Notes: a model not told the origin generated them from the sequence alone. Shown: positions 38,334 through 48,948, counted from the first letter of the stretch. The stretch is DNA of 64,000 nt from Nitrosopumilus sp. (GCA_965197525.1 OZ240211.1:160001-224000), one strand, 5' to 3'. A program made the numbers and translations.

Positions 38334-38981
38334 CTATTCCACTGCATCAAACGTTCTCAAAAATGTCTCTAATGGTTGATTCCCTCTGATTTTTATGGTT
38401 TTTTGTTCATCAAATACTAAAAATGACGGTGTTGCATCAATTCCTATCTCTTGTCCATGCTCGTACTGGGAAATTACCATATCTTGATATGCATGATCAC
38501 CAAGACAAGCATTAAACTCGTCTATATTCAAGTTTATAGTCTCTGCAAATCTGTTCAGTGACTCTATGGTTATCCACCCTGTCCTTTCTCCGCCCCAGTT
38601 CTTGTACAACTCGTCGTGATACTGCCAGTACTTGTCTTGGTTATTGGCACAGTGCGTTGCTTCTGCTGCAAGTAGTGAATCAGGCCCATTTAATGGATAG
38701 TCTCTGAAGACCAGTTTTACTTTACCCGTGTCTATAAAATCCTCCTTGATTGTATTTAGCGTACTTTGGTGAAACTTGTAGCAAAAGGTACATTGATAGT
38801 CGCCCCATTCCACAATTGTGATTGGGGCATCTCTGTCACCTAAAATCGGTGAGGCGTTATTTATCAACTTTGCAGCAGTTAAACTGTTATCTGAATCTGT
38901 TTCAGAGTACAATGATGCTAGGAACATGCCTGTGACTATTCCAACGACTATTGGTATGGCAAGAAAAATTAGCGTTGACAT
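38334..38981 (-). CDS. DsbA-like thioredoxin-domain membrane protein
   Basis: EWGDYQCTFC active site; GIDATPSF cis-Pro loop. Confidence 0.9.
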   Translation of the reverse strand: MSTLIFLAIPIVVGIVTGMFLASLYSETDSDNSLTAAKLINNASPILGDRDAPITIVEWGDYQCTFCYKFHQSTLNTIKEDFIDTGKVKLVFRDYPLNGPDSLLAAEATHCANNQDKYWQYHDELYKNWGGERTGWITIESLNRFAETINLNIDEFNACLGDHAYQDMVISQYEHGQEIGIDATPSFLVFDEQKTIKIRGNQPLETFLRTFDAVE

Positions 38982-39238
38982 GATACATTAAAAATTATTT
39001 TAGGATGGTATTTTTAGATGCAGTTTTAAGATAACTTTTTTTTTAAATGATATTGAATTATGTATAGATTGTTTCATAGTATGGTTTACGTGTAGTTCCT
39101 TTTAAATGATATCAAAGTAGCTTTGATATGTGATCTTCGTTATAATTGATATTTAATATACATTGGAATGATTTTTCTTGTACAAGTTTCTGACCAGAAG
39201 CAAAAATAACATTCGAAACTATTGCAATTTAGTTTTTA

Positions 39239-40771
39239 GAGATTATGGGTAATCGATTATAATATATGTGTATTACATTTTTTAATAACATATGTGTAAA
39301 CAATAAAACGATTCCCGATAAAAAGTCTACATATATGCATATAGAAATGAAAAAAGCCAAAACAACATGCGCAGGCATACAGCACGTCAGGTGCGCGGTA
39401 ATTATTGTGTCATTGGTATGGCGACATCACTGCCGCCCTTGCGTTAGCCACAGAATCTCTTGCGCATCCTTGGACTTCCCCTGCGAAGTGTCATCATCAG
39501 GTGCAAGTTTACCAAGCCTGCAACGATATTCATCTCGCAGTTGAGCTCATCTTCTGTGCCCTCATACGGATCACTCATCTGGGCATACTGTTTTAGCCTG
39601 CCGATGCTATTCTCTACTGTAACCCTGATGCTGCTGACTTTTTTGTTGTGCTTTTTTTGTTCAGCTGTCAGCTGACCCCTCTTCTTTTCTCCTTTTCTCC
39701 TGCGCGGTCTCTTGTGAGGCATGATTACGTTTGCACCGGGAATGTCATTTTGTATCCCAAGATATCCCAGATCCATATACACTGTGAATCTCTCTTTTGT
39801 GGGAGTGTCCCCGTCATGCATCTTTTTAGCCCATCTGCCAAACGGAAGCGGATCTTCTTTGAGCAGTGTCAGGTCGTGTGTCTTGCCTACTATGGTATCA
39901 CTTAGCCCCAGTATGATGTTGTTTGTGGTAGTTGTTATGGTGGTGTTTAATGTGTGCCTCTTCTTCTTCTTGCCTGAATACGTCTCTTTTCTTCTATCCC
40001 TGTCGCCTGAAACGACGTACTGGTATGTGAGTGCCATCTACTAGTATTACCCCTGCACCATTTCCAGGAATGAACTCCTTTAGATCACTTGCAGTCTTGC
40101 ATTTTGATATCTCCTTTGAGATCCTGTGTGGTGTCGGAAGTATAGTACCGAGTATCTTTTTGCAGAACTTGAGATAATCGCATACGCTGGACTGGTCTAT
40201 CCCAAAGAATGCCGCTAGGTCTTTCTGTGTCCGATTACCCTTGAAGTGTATCAGACACATGAGAAGTGCATGTCTAGGATAGGGTTTACAACGGTTGCCG
40301 GGATCTTCTGCTCTTGACTCGTTGTTACGAAATAACGGTGCATCTTTGGACCTTTTGATTCCCTTCTCAAAATTATCTAGTACATATTCAAACTCTTCTT
40401 TTTTAAGCGATGCTATTCTACAAAGCCGTTTCTCGCTACTTGTTATTCCATCTAGTGTCTCGAGTCTGTGCAACAGCGCAGCATTTTCTGGGGTTGCTTG
40501 TATGTTGGTATTATGTCTGGTTTTCCACAAACTGTACTCAAAGCTCAACTCTTTGTCCTTTTGCCCTACAACCCTCTCTAATCTTTTGCTCTCGTTTTTG
40601 GACTGCGCAAGGGCATCTTGCAACATCTTGATCTCAGATGGATTTGACATGCACTAACGTTAGTTTAGTATGATATAGAACTAAATGATCATCAGTATTT
40701 GTGCTAGTACTAAAATTGATCAATTGTTAGGTTTGGATAGATTATGCATAATCTAGATTACCCATAATCTC
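39239..40771 (-). mobile_element. IS5-family (ISL2/Harbinger-like, DDE_Tnp_4) insertion sequence
   Basis: Perfect 16-bp TIR GAGATTATGGGTAATC (39239-54; reverse complement 40756-71), flanked by TA on both sides. Confidence 0.85.
39444..40650 (-). pseudogene. DDE_Tnp_4 transposase split by a +1 frameshift near 40012
   Basis: ORF1 has the HTH (TQKDLAAFFGIDQSSVC) and VDGTHIP; ORF2 continues with YSGKKKKRH, HD, MDLGY and RVTVENSIGRLK. Confidence 0.85.
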
Positions 40772-41038
40772 TATTGTTGTCGGTATTACTTTTGAAAAAC
40801 ACAAGATAATATTATATGACATCTATATAAAACCAAAGGCTAACGTTGTTAGTCTTGTACTCTTTTTCTTTTATTCAATTTTAGTATGTTTTTGCAATTT
40901 GCATTTCTAAAAAAATCCAAATTTCTTACGGATAAACATATTTGCGAATACTGTTCACACGTATCAACTCATTTAGTCAATAATATTTTGGTTGGTATTC
41001 TAATTACAAATTGTTATTCAAAAAATAAGTGAAAAAAA

Positions 41039-44000
41039 TTGGTTAAGAATATTTTTGCTTTTTGCATAGGTGGATTCAGCAGTCATACTGGTTATCAAAA
41101 ATTGCAGTTACACTGGCTTTTGTTCCTCTCTGTGGTACTGGTGTCTGGGATGCTTGTATTGCATCCTGGTGTGTATGACATTTCAGTATCTAGTTGGGAG
41201 GAGACAGGGGATGTATTTGATGTGTTGCCAATAAAAGACGATGCGTTATCTTTGCAGTCATTCCAAGACGTCATTGTATCTGCAACATCTGCAAACAAAG
41301 AAGAAGGTGATATCACACTGCCTATGGATTCCATATTCCCTGCATCTTGGACTGATCTGATGGATTCAGCGACACATTCAATATTGCCCATACTTGCATA
41401 CGCTCAAACATCTAACTCTGATGCATTTATAACTACGTGGGATACTACCGGGGAAAAGACTACTACCCCCAACCTATCTATCGCCTCTGTTAAATTTCAT
41501 ATAGATGTCAAACCCGGCAGCCAAGTAACAGTTGATTGGGGGAACGGTCAATCAAATACGTACAATGCATCACAAGGCGTGTCTCATAACTATCAAAACA
41601 GTCAACCCGATGTGTCCAAAACCAACACTATTTCAATCACAGGTGATTTGGAGCGCTTTTATTTTTATTATGTTGAATCTTTCAAAACTCACGATTCCCC
41701 GCAGTTACTCATGTCACTAGACCAATGGGGTGATGCCAAATGGACTGACATGACAAATATGTTCAGAGGTGCTACAAACATGCAGTATAATGTAACTGAT
41801 GTGCCTGATCTCTCTTCTGGTCCTGATGTAGATTACATGTTCAGATACGTCAATTCGTTTAACGGTGATCTGTCTGACTGGGATGTATCTGAAATGACTG
41901 ATTTGGGATACATGTTTGCCGATACGCCATCTTTTAACTCTGACATCTCAGGTTGGGATGTATCTAAAGTGACTAGTATGGCTTACATGTTTGCGAATTC
42001 CCCCTCTTTTAACGCCGATATCTCAGGTTGGGATGTATCATCTGTGGAATACATGTATTATATGTTCGGCTCTGCATCCTCTTTTAACGCCGATATCTCA
42101 GGTTGGGATGTATCATCTGTGGAATACATGTATAATATGTTCGGTGCCGCATCCTCTTTTAACGCCGATATCTCAGGTTGGGATGTCTCATCTATGTATA
42201 GTGTGAGTCTGATGTCTGAGATGTTCTATGACGCATCCTCATTTGACCAGAATTTGGGACCTTGGTTTATTGTACTAGAAGATACGGTTGTAGGCCATGA
42301 CAAGACACAGGTTACCCCCATATCCTCACAGGTTACCTCCCTATCCTCATTTGTTGAGTTTGATGCAAATACTGACAACTATGACATTACAGGCGCTGAT
42401 GCCAATTATTTTACAATCACAGACGGGCATCTTGTCCTCAACTCCCCATCTGACTATAACTCTAAATCCCAATATGACATAACAATAACTGCCAACAACG
42501 CAGTTGTGGACAAACTGTATCTTGATGTGGCACCTTCCATTTCTGTTACTATTACAGTCAAACAACCCTCTGAAACAACTGTCACATCCATTGCAAGACA
42601 CAATCCCTTGACACCAACTACTGATAGTAGTACACTTCAATTCAAGGTACTGTTCAGTGATGATGTAACCAACGTAAACTCTGAGGACTTTGAGCTGTCT
42701 TCGAGCAGTCCTACAAATACTATACCACATACGTACACCAGTACCCCCTCACTATTCATACCATATGATACTGTCAAGACAGATACAATTACTGTATCTG
42801 ACTCTGACACTGTCTCTGCAGTATCCGTTTCAGTAGACATTACCCACGCATGGATAGGCGATCTCCTAGTCGAACTCATCTCGCCTGACAATCAAGTAGT
42901 AACACTGCACAACTATGCCGGTGACTCTGCAGACGACATCGTAAAAACATACATACTTGAATACGACGATGACGTCTCAATTAACGGCGATTGGCAGTTG
43001 CGCATGTATGATAACTATAATGCTGATAGCGGGACCTTGAACAACTGGTCAATTGCATTCGGTGATGACTCTGCATTCAATTCTATCACGTCAGTGACAG
43101 GTTCTGGTAACTTGTACTATGTTACAGTCGCATCATCCCAGGCAGGTACATACAACCTGGATATTGCAGAAGACAACGACATTGTAGACGCTTCAAGTAA
43201 TTCACTGGCCAGCCGTACACCCACAGGCGGTGATCAGTCATACACCGTTACTGCAACAGATGTTACTACAACAACTGATACCACACCTCCGGCACTCACA
43301 CTTGTAGGGTCACCTACCGTAACTATGGGTGTGGGCACCACATATACTGAGGACGGCGCCACCTGTATCGACAACAATGACGGCGATATCTCGTCGCAGA
43401 TTGGCATGACAGGTTCAGTGAATACAGGAACAGCTGGAACATACGTTATAACCTATACATGCACAGATGCTGCCAATAATCCTGCTACGCCGATAACTAG
43501 AACAGTCAGCGTTGTGGACTCGCCACCAACTGTTACATCCATCACAAGGCACAGTCCTGCAGAACAAAACACGAGTAACAGCACGCTTCAGTTCAGTGTA
43601 CTGTTCAGTGAGGCTGTAACTGGTGTAAGTCAGGACGATTTTGAGCTGTCCTCAGACAGTCCAACAGATGCTACTCCTCAGACATTTACATATTCTAGTG
43701 AGCCATCCCTCTTTGTACCATATGGTGTAACCAAGACAGATACAATCACCGTATCTGACTCTGCCACTGTTACATCAGTGTCAGTATCAGTGGATATCAC
43801 ACATACCTACATTGGCGATCTAAAGGTAGAACTCGTTGCACCTGACAATACAGCCCATACACTTCATAATCATATCGGCGGGTCAGATGATGATATTGTT
43901 AAAACTTACACACTTGAATACGACGATGACGTCTCAATTAACGGTGATTGGCAGTTGCGCCTGTATGATAACTATGACGCAGATGAGGGAACCTTGAACA

Positions 44001-46117
44001 GCTGGTCAATTACGTTTGGTGATGACTCTACGCCTAATCCCATCACAGCAGTGACAGGTTCTGGTACTCTATACTACGTTACAGTCGCATCACCACAAAC
44101 AGGCACATACAACTTGGATATTGCAGAAGACAACGACATTGTAGACGCTTCAAGTAATTCACTGGCCAGCCGTACACCCACAGGCGGTGATCAGTCATAC
44201 ACCGTTACTGCAACAGATGTTACTACAACAACTGATACCACACCTCCGGCACTCACACTTGTAGGGTCACCTACCGTAACTATGGGTGTGGGCACCACAT
44301 ATACTGAGGACGGCGCCACCTGTATCGACAACAATGACGGCGATATCTCGTCGCAGATTGGCATGACAGGTTCAGTGAATACAGGAACAGCTGGAACATA
44401 CGTTATAACCTATACATGCACAGATGCTGCCAATAATCCTGCTACGCCGATAACTAGAACAGTCAGCGTTGTGGACTCGCCACCAACCGTTACAACCATC
44501 ACAAGGCACAGTCCTGCAGAACAAAACACGAGTAACAGCACGCTTCAGTTCAGTGTACTGTTCAGTGAGGCTGTAACCGGTGTAGGCCAGGACGATTTTG
44601 AGCTGTCCTCAGACAGTCCAACAGATGCTACTCCTCAGACATTTACATATTCTAGTGAGCCATCCCTCTTTGTACCATATGGTGTAACCAAGACAGATAC
44701 AATCACCGTATCTGACTCTGCCACTGTTACATCAGTGTCAGTATCAGTGGATATCACACATACCTACATCGGCGATCTAAAGGTGGAACTCGTTGCACCT
44801 GACAATACAGTCCGTATACTTCATAATCATATCGGCGGGTCAGATGATGATATTGTTAAAACTTACACACTTGAATACGACGATGACGTCTCAATTAACG
44901 GTGATTGGCAGTTGCGCCTGTATGATAACTATGACGCAGATGAGGGAACATTGAACAGCTGGTCAATTACGTTTGGTGATGGCTCTACGCCTAATCCCAT
45001 CACAGCAGTGACAGGTTCTGACAACCAGTACTATGTTACAGTCGCATCATCCCAGGCAGGCACATACAACCTGGATATTGCAGAAGACAACGACATTGTA
45101 GATTCTTCAAATAATTCATTGTCCAGCCGTACACCCACAGGCGATGATCAGTCATACACAGTTACTGTGTCAGCTGATGCCACACCTCCGGCACTCACAC
45201 TTGTAGGGTCACCTACCGTAACTATGGGTGTGGGCACCACATATACTGAGGACGGCGCCACCTGTATCGACAACAATGACGGCGATATCTCGTCGCAGAT
45301 TGGCATGACAGGTTCAGTGAATACAGGAACAGCTGGAACATACGTTATAACCTATACATGCACAGATGCTGCCAATAATCCTGCTACGCCGATAACTAGA
45401 ACAGTCAGCGTTGTGGACTCGCCACCAACCGTTACAACCATCACAAGGCACAGTCCTGCAGAACAAAACACGAGTAACAGCACGCTTCAGTTCAGTGTAC
45501 TGTTCAGTGAGGCTGTAACCGGTGTAGGCCAGGACGATTTTGAGCTGTCCTCAGACAGTCCAACAGATGCTACTCCTCAGACATTTACATATTCTAGTGA
45601 GCCATCCCTCTTTGTACCATATGGTGTAACCAAGACAGATACAATCACCGTATCTGACTCTGCCACTGTTACATCAGTGTCAGTATCAGTGGATATCACA
45701 CATACCTACATCGGCGATCTAAAGGTGGAACTCGTTGCACCTGACAATACAGTCCGTATACTTCATAATCATATCGGCGGGTCAGATGATGATATTGTCA
45801 AAACATACACACCTGACTTTGGAAGTGTCTCAATTAACGGTGATTGGCAGTTGCGCCTGTATGATAACTATGACGCAGATGAGGGAACATTGAACAGCTG
45901 GTCAATTACGTTTGGTGATGGCTCTACGCCTAATCCCATCACAGCAGTGACAGGTTCTGACAACCAGTACTATGTTACAGTCGCATCATCCCAGGCAGGC
46001 ACATACAACTTGGATATTGCAGAAGACAACGACATTGTAGATTCTTCAAATAATTCATTGTCCAGCCGTACACCCACAGGCGATGATCAGTCATACACCG
46101 TTACTGCAACTAGTTAG
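41039..46117 (+). CDS. Large (1692 aa) surface protein: DUF285 repeats, cadherin-like, Ig modules with four P-domains, three DUF5011-like Ig domains
   Basis: FNADISGWDVSSV repeats; DITHTYIGDLKVELVAPD; DTTPPALTLVGSPTVTMGVGTTYTEDGATCIDNNDG; exact start uncertain. Confidence 0.9.
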   Translation: MVKNIFAFCIGGFSSHTGYQKLQLHWLLFLSVVLVSGMLVLHPGVYDISVSSWEETGDVFDVLPIKDDALSLQSFQDVIVSATSANKEEGDITLPMDSIFPASWTDLMDSATHSILPILAYAQTSNSDAFITTWDTTGEKTTTPNLSIASVKFHIDVKPGSQVTVDWGNGQSNTYNASQGVSHNYQNSQPDVSKTNTISITGDLERFYFYYVESFKTHDSPQLLMSLDQWGDAKWTDMTNMFRGATNMQYNVTDVPDLSSGPDVDYMFRYVNSFNGDLSDWDVSEMTDLGYMFADTPSFNSDISGWDVSKVTSMAYMFANSPSFNADISGWDVSSVEYMYYMFGSASSFNADISGWDVSSVEYMYNMFGAASSFNADISGWDVSSMYSVSLMSEMFYDASSFDQNLGPWFIVLEDTVVGHDKTQVTPISSQVTSLSSFVEFDANTDNYDITGADANYFTITDGHLVLNSPSDYNSKSQYDITITANNAVVDKLYLDVAPSISVTITVKQPSETTVTSIARHNPLTPTTDSSTLQFKVLFSDDVTNVNSEDFELSSSSPTNTIPHTYTSTPSLFIPYDTVKTDTITVSDSDTVSAVSVSVDITHAWIGDLLVELISPDNQVVTLHNYAGDSADDIVKTYILEYDDDVSINGDWQLRMYDNYNADSGTLNNWSIAFGDDSAFNSITSVTGSGNLYYVTVASSQAGTYNLDIAEDNDIVDASSNSLASRTPTGGDQSYTVTATDVTTTTDTTPPALTLVGSPTVTMGVGTTYTEDGATCIDNNDGDISSQIGMTGSVNTGTAGTYVITYTCTDAANNPATPITRTVSVVDSPPTVTSITRHSPAEQNTSNSTLQFSVLFSEAVTGVSQDDFELSSDSPTDATPQTFTYSSEPSLFVPYGVTKTDTITVSDSATVTSVSVSVDITHTYIGDLKVELVAPDNTAHTLHNHIGGSDDDIVKTYTLEYDDDVSINGDWQLRLYDNYDADEGTLNSWSITFGDDSTPNPITAVTGSGTLYYVTVASPQTGTYNLDIAEDNDIVDASSNSLASRTPTGGDQSYTVTATDVTTTTDTTPPALTLVGSPTVTMGVGTTYTEDGATCIDNNDGDISSQIGMTGSVNTGTAGTYVITYTCTDAANNPATPITRTVSVVDSPPTVTTITRHSPAEQNTSNSTLQFSVLFSEAVTGVGQDDFELSSDSPTDATPQTFTYSSEPSLFVPYGVTKTDTITVSDSATVTSVSVSVDITHTYIGDLKVELVAPDNTVRILHNHIGGSDDDIVKTYTLEYDDDVSINGDWQLRLYDNYDADEGTLNSWSITFGDGSTPNPITAVTGSDNQYYVTVASSQAGTYNLDIAEDNDIVDSSNNSLSSRTPTGDDQSYTVTVSADATPPALTLVGSPTVTMGVGTTYTEDGATCIDNNDGDISSQIGMTGSVNTGTAGTYVITYTCTDAANNPATPITRTVSVVDSPPTVTTITRHSPAEQNTSNSTLQFSVLFSEAVTGVGQDDFELSSDSPTDATPQTFTYSSEPSLFVPYGVTKTDTITVSDSATVTSVSVSVDITHTYIGDLKVELVAPDNTVRILHNHIGGSDDDIVKTYTPDFGSVSINGDWQLRLYDNYDADEGTLNSWSITFGDGSTPNPITAVTGSDNQYYVTVASSQAGTYNLDIAEDNDIVDSSNNSLSSRTPTGDDQSYTVTATS
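43277..46110 (+). repeat. Three near-identical tandem units (957, 942 and ~935 bp) of DUF5011-like plus Ig/P-domain
   Basis: GGCGCCACCTGTATCG at 43355, 44312 and 45254. Confidence 0.9.
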
Positions 46118-46181
46118 TTACATAACTCACAACAGTTATCATTCAGATTGCCAAATTCTTCTAGCTACTACTGACTATGCT

Positions 46182-46898
46182 CAGTAGTCGGAAATTTGCC
46201 CCTTAGGCAGGTTCCACGACATCATACGGTTGACCTACAATCATACATGATTCCAATGCAGTCATTGCCGTAGCATATGCGACAAGTGCCAGAGTCACCC
46301 GATCATAACTCGAATCTGCACGGTACTGCTCCCTGCCCATGTGTTGTACATGAGCAGCGAGGTGTAAAACATATTGCCATAAACGATGCATTGCGGCTTG
46401 CTGTCCTCAGACGCACCTGCTCGACCTGCTTGTATCCTGTCTCTATCCTCAACCCCTGTACCGGCATGTATTCTTGGCAAGCCTTGCGGTACGTGTGAGC
46501 ATGTCCATACAGAGTTTGTCTGCATCGTCTGATTCCAGCGAGTTTATCATGTTACGAAACCACTTGGGCGACGGCATCTTCTTTTCGGCGTGCTTGAGTA
46601 GCCGGATTGCCTCCTCGGAGGATGTTGGATTCAGACATCTTCATCAGTATGGCTGCAAACTCGCTCACTCCATATTGGGCATTCTTCCTCGTAGAGAATC
46701 CCATAGATACGGATTCTAGTATTCCTGACAGGTATCAAGTATCCTTTCTCCGATCTTATTACGGTGTACCTGCCCACCTTTTTGCGTTAACACTAAGGTG
46801 GATAAGGGCATCGTGGATAATAGATTCGTATGTTCAAAAATGTTAACATAATTGAGAACGTCTGTTGGCTAGCTTAGGGGGTACATTTCCGACTACTG
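46182..46898 (-). mobile_element. Internally deleted ISH3-family (IS4-like) element
   Basis: 26-bp TIRs starting CAGTAGTCGGAAAT (22/26); minus-strand fragments RIETGYKQVEQVRLRTASRN and FYTSLLMYNTW resemble the ISH3 transposase C-terminus; only 717 bp. Confidence 0.72.
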
Positions 46899-47540
46899 AA
46901 AACTAACAAACTGTTATCTATCAAAGAGAACACAATACATGCAAAAGCTGGTTTTCACAGAAATGACCGTAGAAAAAAAGGTCAATTCTGGAAGGTAAAA
47001 CAGCAAAGAATGGCCAATAGAACAAAACAATACATACACAAAATATCAAAAGATATTGTGGATAATGCCGTTAGTAAAAAGGCTGTAATTGTGTTAGAAA
47101 ACTTGAAAGGAATAAGAAAATTGTACAAGAAAGGAAATGGTCAAGGCAACAAATACAGACGTAGATTGAATGGCTGGCAATTCTACGAGTTACAACGCCA
47201 AATAGAATACAAAGCCCAATGGGCCGGGCTCCCACCAGTAAGATATGTAGACCCAAAAAACACGAGCACGCAATGTCCAAGATGCGGAAAGGGACTCCAA
47301 GAGGACATGCAACACAGACGTAAAATGTCGTGTAATAATTGTGGATTATACATGGATAGAGACATTGTAGCTTCCATGAATATATCTCGCAAACTGTCCC
47401 CTAGGTTTAGGGATAGTAGAGTTGGCATAAGTGAAGCGCAGTCTGACGTTTTTGAGTCAGCGATGATGGAACCCTGTATACCGGTAATCCAGATAGTCGA
47501 TATGTCAAAGTCCAGTGTTCTGAGTGATTGTTATTGTTAA
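46899..47540 (+). pseudogene. tnpB: Truncated tnpB (lacks the N-terminal half including RuvC-I)
   Basis: Retains IVLENL, zinc finger and DRDIVASMNI. Confidence 0.9.
47394..47512 (+). ncRNA. Predicted omega-RNA scaffold (copy 6)
   Basis: Near-identical to the copy 2 scaffold. Confidence 0.62.
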
Positions 47541-47612
47541 TAATACCACTCGTGAATGCAACAGAACCGCCTAATCCAAGAGCTTAAATATATTCAGAGA
47601 ATGTTGTTTTTT

Positions 47613-47828
47613 ATGCCAGAGTTACGACAAGTTGGTACCTCAAAGAAAGATGTCTCAAAGCTAGCAATATTTGTACTATCAGTCGCGTTTCTTGTAGGCA
47701 TGTTTGTTGCAGCTTTTGATCAAGGTCATATCTTTAGTCTAGTGTATGGTCAGGAAGCATTTCTTGATCCCTATCTTCATGAGCTCTTTCACGATACAAG
47801 ACATGCAGCAGGTTTCCCCTGTCACTAG
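47613..47828 (+). CDS. cbtB: CbtB-like cobalt transporter small subunit
   Basis: TM helix then FDQGH...LHELFHDTRHAAGFPCH; the ORF-track start 47556 lies in the TIR. Confidence 0.85.
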   Translation: MPELRQVGTSKKDVSKLAIFVLSVAFLVGMFVAAFDQGHIFSLVYGQEAFLDPYLHELFHDTRHAAGFPCH

Positions 47829-47840
47829 GAATTTTACATA

Positions 47841-48554
47841 ATGAAAACACATATTTTTCTAATTATTGTCATACTTTCAGGCGCTGCATCTGGTCTGATT
47901 TACGGGGCTGTCAACTATGTAATTGTAGAACCATACCTTGATCAGGCAATCGGACTTGAAAATCAAAACCTGTTTGATTTAGGCATAGAGGAGAATACCC
48001 TTGCATTTCAAGCAAATCATGAAGAGTATAGAACATGGCAAAAGAGCGGACAGATTCTTGCAAGTGTAATTTTGGGAATTTCGATTGGCTCATTGTTTGG
48101 AATTGTGTTTGCATTGTCTAGAAATTCGTTACCTGGCAGTCATCATGTACATCGTTCTCTTTTATTATCCGTAGTAATGTGGTTTGCCATATATTTAATA
48201 CCATTTCTAAAATATCCTGCAAACCCTCCTACAGTTGGAGAGACTGAGACTATATTTTTGCGTACCATCTTGTACATATCGTTTGTTGCTATATCCGGCG
48301 CCGGGATAATTATTTTTTATAAACTATCCAAAAAGATTAATAAAAAATTTTTGGCAGTATGTGGTTATGCGGCATTAATAATCGCAGCATTCATCCTTAT
48401 GCCTGAAAACCCTGATGCCATATCTGCTCCCATGACCCTTGTAAACGAGTTTAGGCTAATGTCTCTCCTTGGAATTTCATCACTTTGGGTATCTCTTGGA
48501 GTAATATTTGGTCTTTTGTGGAATCGACTGGAATCTCCTAATGTGAGTATCTAA
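47841..48554 (+). CDS. cbtA: CbtA-like cobalt transporter subunit
   Basis: EPYLDQAIGLE, PFLKYPANPPTVG, EFRLMSL; five TM segments. Confidence 0.85.
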   Translation: MKTHIFLIIVILSGAASGLIYGAVNYVIVEPYLDQAIGLENQNLFDLGIEENTLAFQANHEEYRTWQKSGQILASVILGISIGSLFGIVFALSRNSLPGSHHVHRSLLLSVVMWFAIYLIPFLKYPANPPTVGETETIFLRTILYISFVAISGAGIIIFYKLSKKINKKFLAVCGYAALIIAAFILMPENPDAISAPMTLVNEFRLMSLLGISSLWVSLGVIFGLLWNRLESPNVSI

Positions 48555-48601
48555 TAGTGTTCTAACTCTCTAGAATGAGAACACTAATTAAATAGGCGTT
48601 A

Positions 48602-48946
48602 ATGTATTGTGGATACATGTCAAGAAAGTTAACTCTACCTCAACTAAAAAAATACGATATTACTCAAAAAGTAATTGAAGCTCTCGCTGATCCTGAATCT
48701 CGTGCAATTCTTTTCACTATTGTTAAGAAAGGTAGTACTGCAGCAGAACTCTCATACAAACTTAACATACCATTAAGCTCTGTATATAAAAAATTAACCG
48801 ATCTCCAAGAGCTAACATTAATCGAGGTTGAAAAATGGATGTTGTCTGATAAAGGCAGAAAATACAAGATTTATCGCAGTAGAATCAGCAAAGCTGATGT
48901 CTCAATTCGAAAGCCAGAACCTGTTCTTACGCTAGTTCCGAACTAA
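48602..48946 (+). CDS. ArsR-like winged-helix transcription regulator
   Basis: ALADPESRAIL...AELSYKLNIPLSSVYKKLTDL. Confidence 0.85.
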   Translation: MYCGYMSRKLTLPQLKKYDITQKVIEALADPESRAILFTIVKKGSTAAELSYKLNIPLSSVYKKLTDLQELTLIEVEKWMLSDKGRKYKIYRSRISKADVSIRKPEPVLTLVPN

Positions 48947-48948
48947 GT

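Larger units (their letters stand above)
46899..47568 (+). mobile_element. 5'-truncated TnpB element, TIR family B (copy 6)
   Basis: Starts mid-gene at AAAACTAACAAACTG (matches copy 2 near 20188); retains omega-RNA region and the family B right TIR ending CAGAACC at 47568. Confidence 0.9.
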
